Shown in pieces: positions 62,498-64,000 of a stretch of DNA of 64,000 nucleotides. Numbering within the stretch: the first letter of the stretch is position 1; every line of letters starts with the position of its first letter. This DNA is from Octopus vulgaris (taxonomy: Eukaryota): NCBI GenBank assembly GCA_951406725.2, contig OX597824.1, positions 87,110,001 through 87,174,000 on the forward strand, in the 5' to 3' direction. The notes below the pieces were generated by a model, which was given only the letters and a program-made list of their open reading frames with translations, was not told the origin of the DNA and ran no database searches. Position numbers and translations under genes: made by a program.

Positions 62498-63019
62498 CAT
62501 GCAGAACTGTTACTACACAGGGCAAAACACCTTACTGACTGCATTTCATTTGCTTTTCATCCTTTCAGAGTTGATAAATTAAATACCAGTTGTGTACAGG
62601 GGTCGATCTAATTGACAGGTCCAAAAATTTCAGGCCTTGTGCCAAGAGCAGAAAAGAATATTTAACCGAGATGTTCACATCATGTAACTAAAGCATTGAG
62701 CCGAGTGTTTTACTTACTTGGCTATCACCAGCTAAAATATTGCCCAAACAACTGGATTGGCTTAACTTTGGAATCAATATAGTATTATAGAAAACACACA
62801 ATAGACTTGTTTATTTCCATCAATAATGCAAAATCATCAATGAAGAAGACAGACTGGAAGCAGCAGCAGCGCTGCCACTCTTTAAAACATCTCAGTGAAA
62901 GGGGTACTTGGGTGGGGAAAAGCTTTGAAATTTAATGTTAGAGAAAAAAATCTTGGAAGTTAAGATAGTTAAATAAACTAGCTTTGATATCAAGAGTGCA
63001 AACGCCAAAGAACAAAAAC

Positions 63020-63187
63020 GAGTGGCTGTGTGGTAAAGTAGCTTGCTTACTAACCACATGGTTCCGAGTTCAGTCCCACTGCGTGGCACCTTGGGCAAGT
63101 GTCTTCTACTATAGCCTCGGGCCGACCAAAGCCTTGTGAGTGGATTTGGTAGACGGAAACTGAAAGAAGCCCGTCGTATATATGTGT

Positions 63188-63219
<32 letters not shown>

Positions 63220-63433
63220 ATATGTTTGTTTGTCTGCGTTTGTCCCCCGCAACATTGCTTGACAACCGATGCTGGTGTGTTTACGTCCCCCGTAACTTAG
63301 CGGTTCGGCAAAAAGAGAACGATAGAATAAGTACTAGGCTTACAAAGAATAAGTCCTGGGGGTCGATTTGCTCGACTAAACGGCGGTGCTCCAGCATGGC
63401 CACATGACTGAAATGACTGAAACAAGTAAAAAA
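63020..63433 (+). mobile_element. Family A SINE
   Basis: 15-bp TSD CCAAAGAACAAAAAC at 63005-63019 and 63434-63448. Confidence 0.95.
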
Positions 63434-63780
63434 CCAAAGAACAAAAACATCCAGGGAAGATAGTCAGAGCCAGCGAGAAATTGGAGCATAGCTGAGTTTA
63501 CAACTGATTATTATCTCGGACTTGATGCCTGTTCCTCGCATCAAGTCAATTAATCAAAGTGGTAATCAATGTATTGACTTGTGGATAGAATTCAGCAGTC
63601 TTGATTAATTAGGTGAGCTGGTCATTATAACCAATAAAACTGTTTTAGATCGTTGTCTTTCATAGAGATATGATACGGGCCGTAGGAGTGGCTGTGTGGT
63701 AAGTAGCTTGCTTACCAGCCACATGGTTCCTGGTTCAGTCCCACTGCGTGGCATCTTGGGCAAGTGTCTTCTACTACAGC

Positions 63781-64000
63781 CTTCAAATAGACACAGCTGG
63801 CACTGCAATCACCACCACCACCACCACCACCACCACCACCACCACCACCATCTTTGGCTTCGTCATCTTCATCATCCTCATCCTGTTCAAATTCCACAGC
63901 TGCCACTGCAATCATAATCATCATCATCACCAATATGTTCAAATTCCACAGCTAGCACTGCAATCATCATCATCATCATCATTGTGATCATCATCATCAT
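63781..64000. repeat. Minisatellite TTCAAAT....CACAGCT..CACTGCAATCA + (CAC/CAT)n, three units, after a family A head fragment (63678-63782)
   Basis: Units at ~63782, 63886 and 63938. Confidence 0.75.

Overview
AT-rich eukaryotic genomic DNA, dense in microsatellites and retroposons. The repeat content (tRNA-headed CORE-type SINEs, RTE and R4/Dong LINE relics, abundant (AT)n/(AAT)n/(GAT)n) points to a coleoid cephalopod, most likely Octopus. This is an inference from repeat recognition, not a database result. No prokaryotic genes, CRISPR arrays, rRNA or intact tRNA genes were seen. Most of the window looks like the very long introns and upstream region of one minus-strand gene. It has one well-supported 843-bp phase 0-0 exon (22494-21652) encoding an acidic disordered segment with clustered YxN tyrosines, and two weaker phase-0 candidate exons (14935-14591, 2559-2401). 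The rest is a nested mosaic of five SINE-like families (my labels A-E), piggyBac-, Merlin-, hAT- and mariner-type MITEs, Helitron/Helentron-type elements and LINE 3' fragments. Two signals stand out. (1) Several long foldback elements and Penelope-like remnants carry or centre on minimal type I hammerhead-ribozyme cores. (2) One SINE forms head-(body)n concatemers with the same palindromic junction at four independent loci. Most ORFs in the supplied track are microsatellite or SINE artefacts. Repeat coordinates are read by eye and may be off by a few bases.
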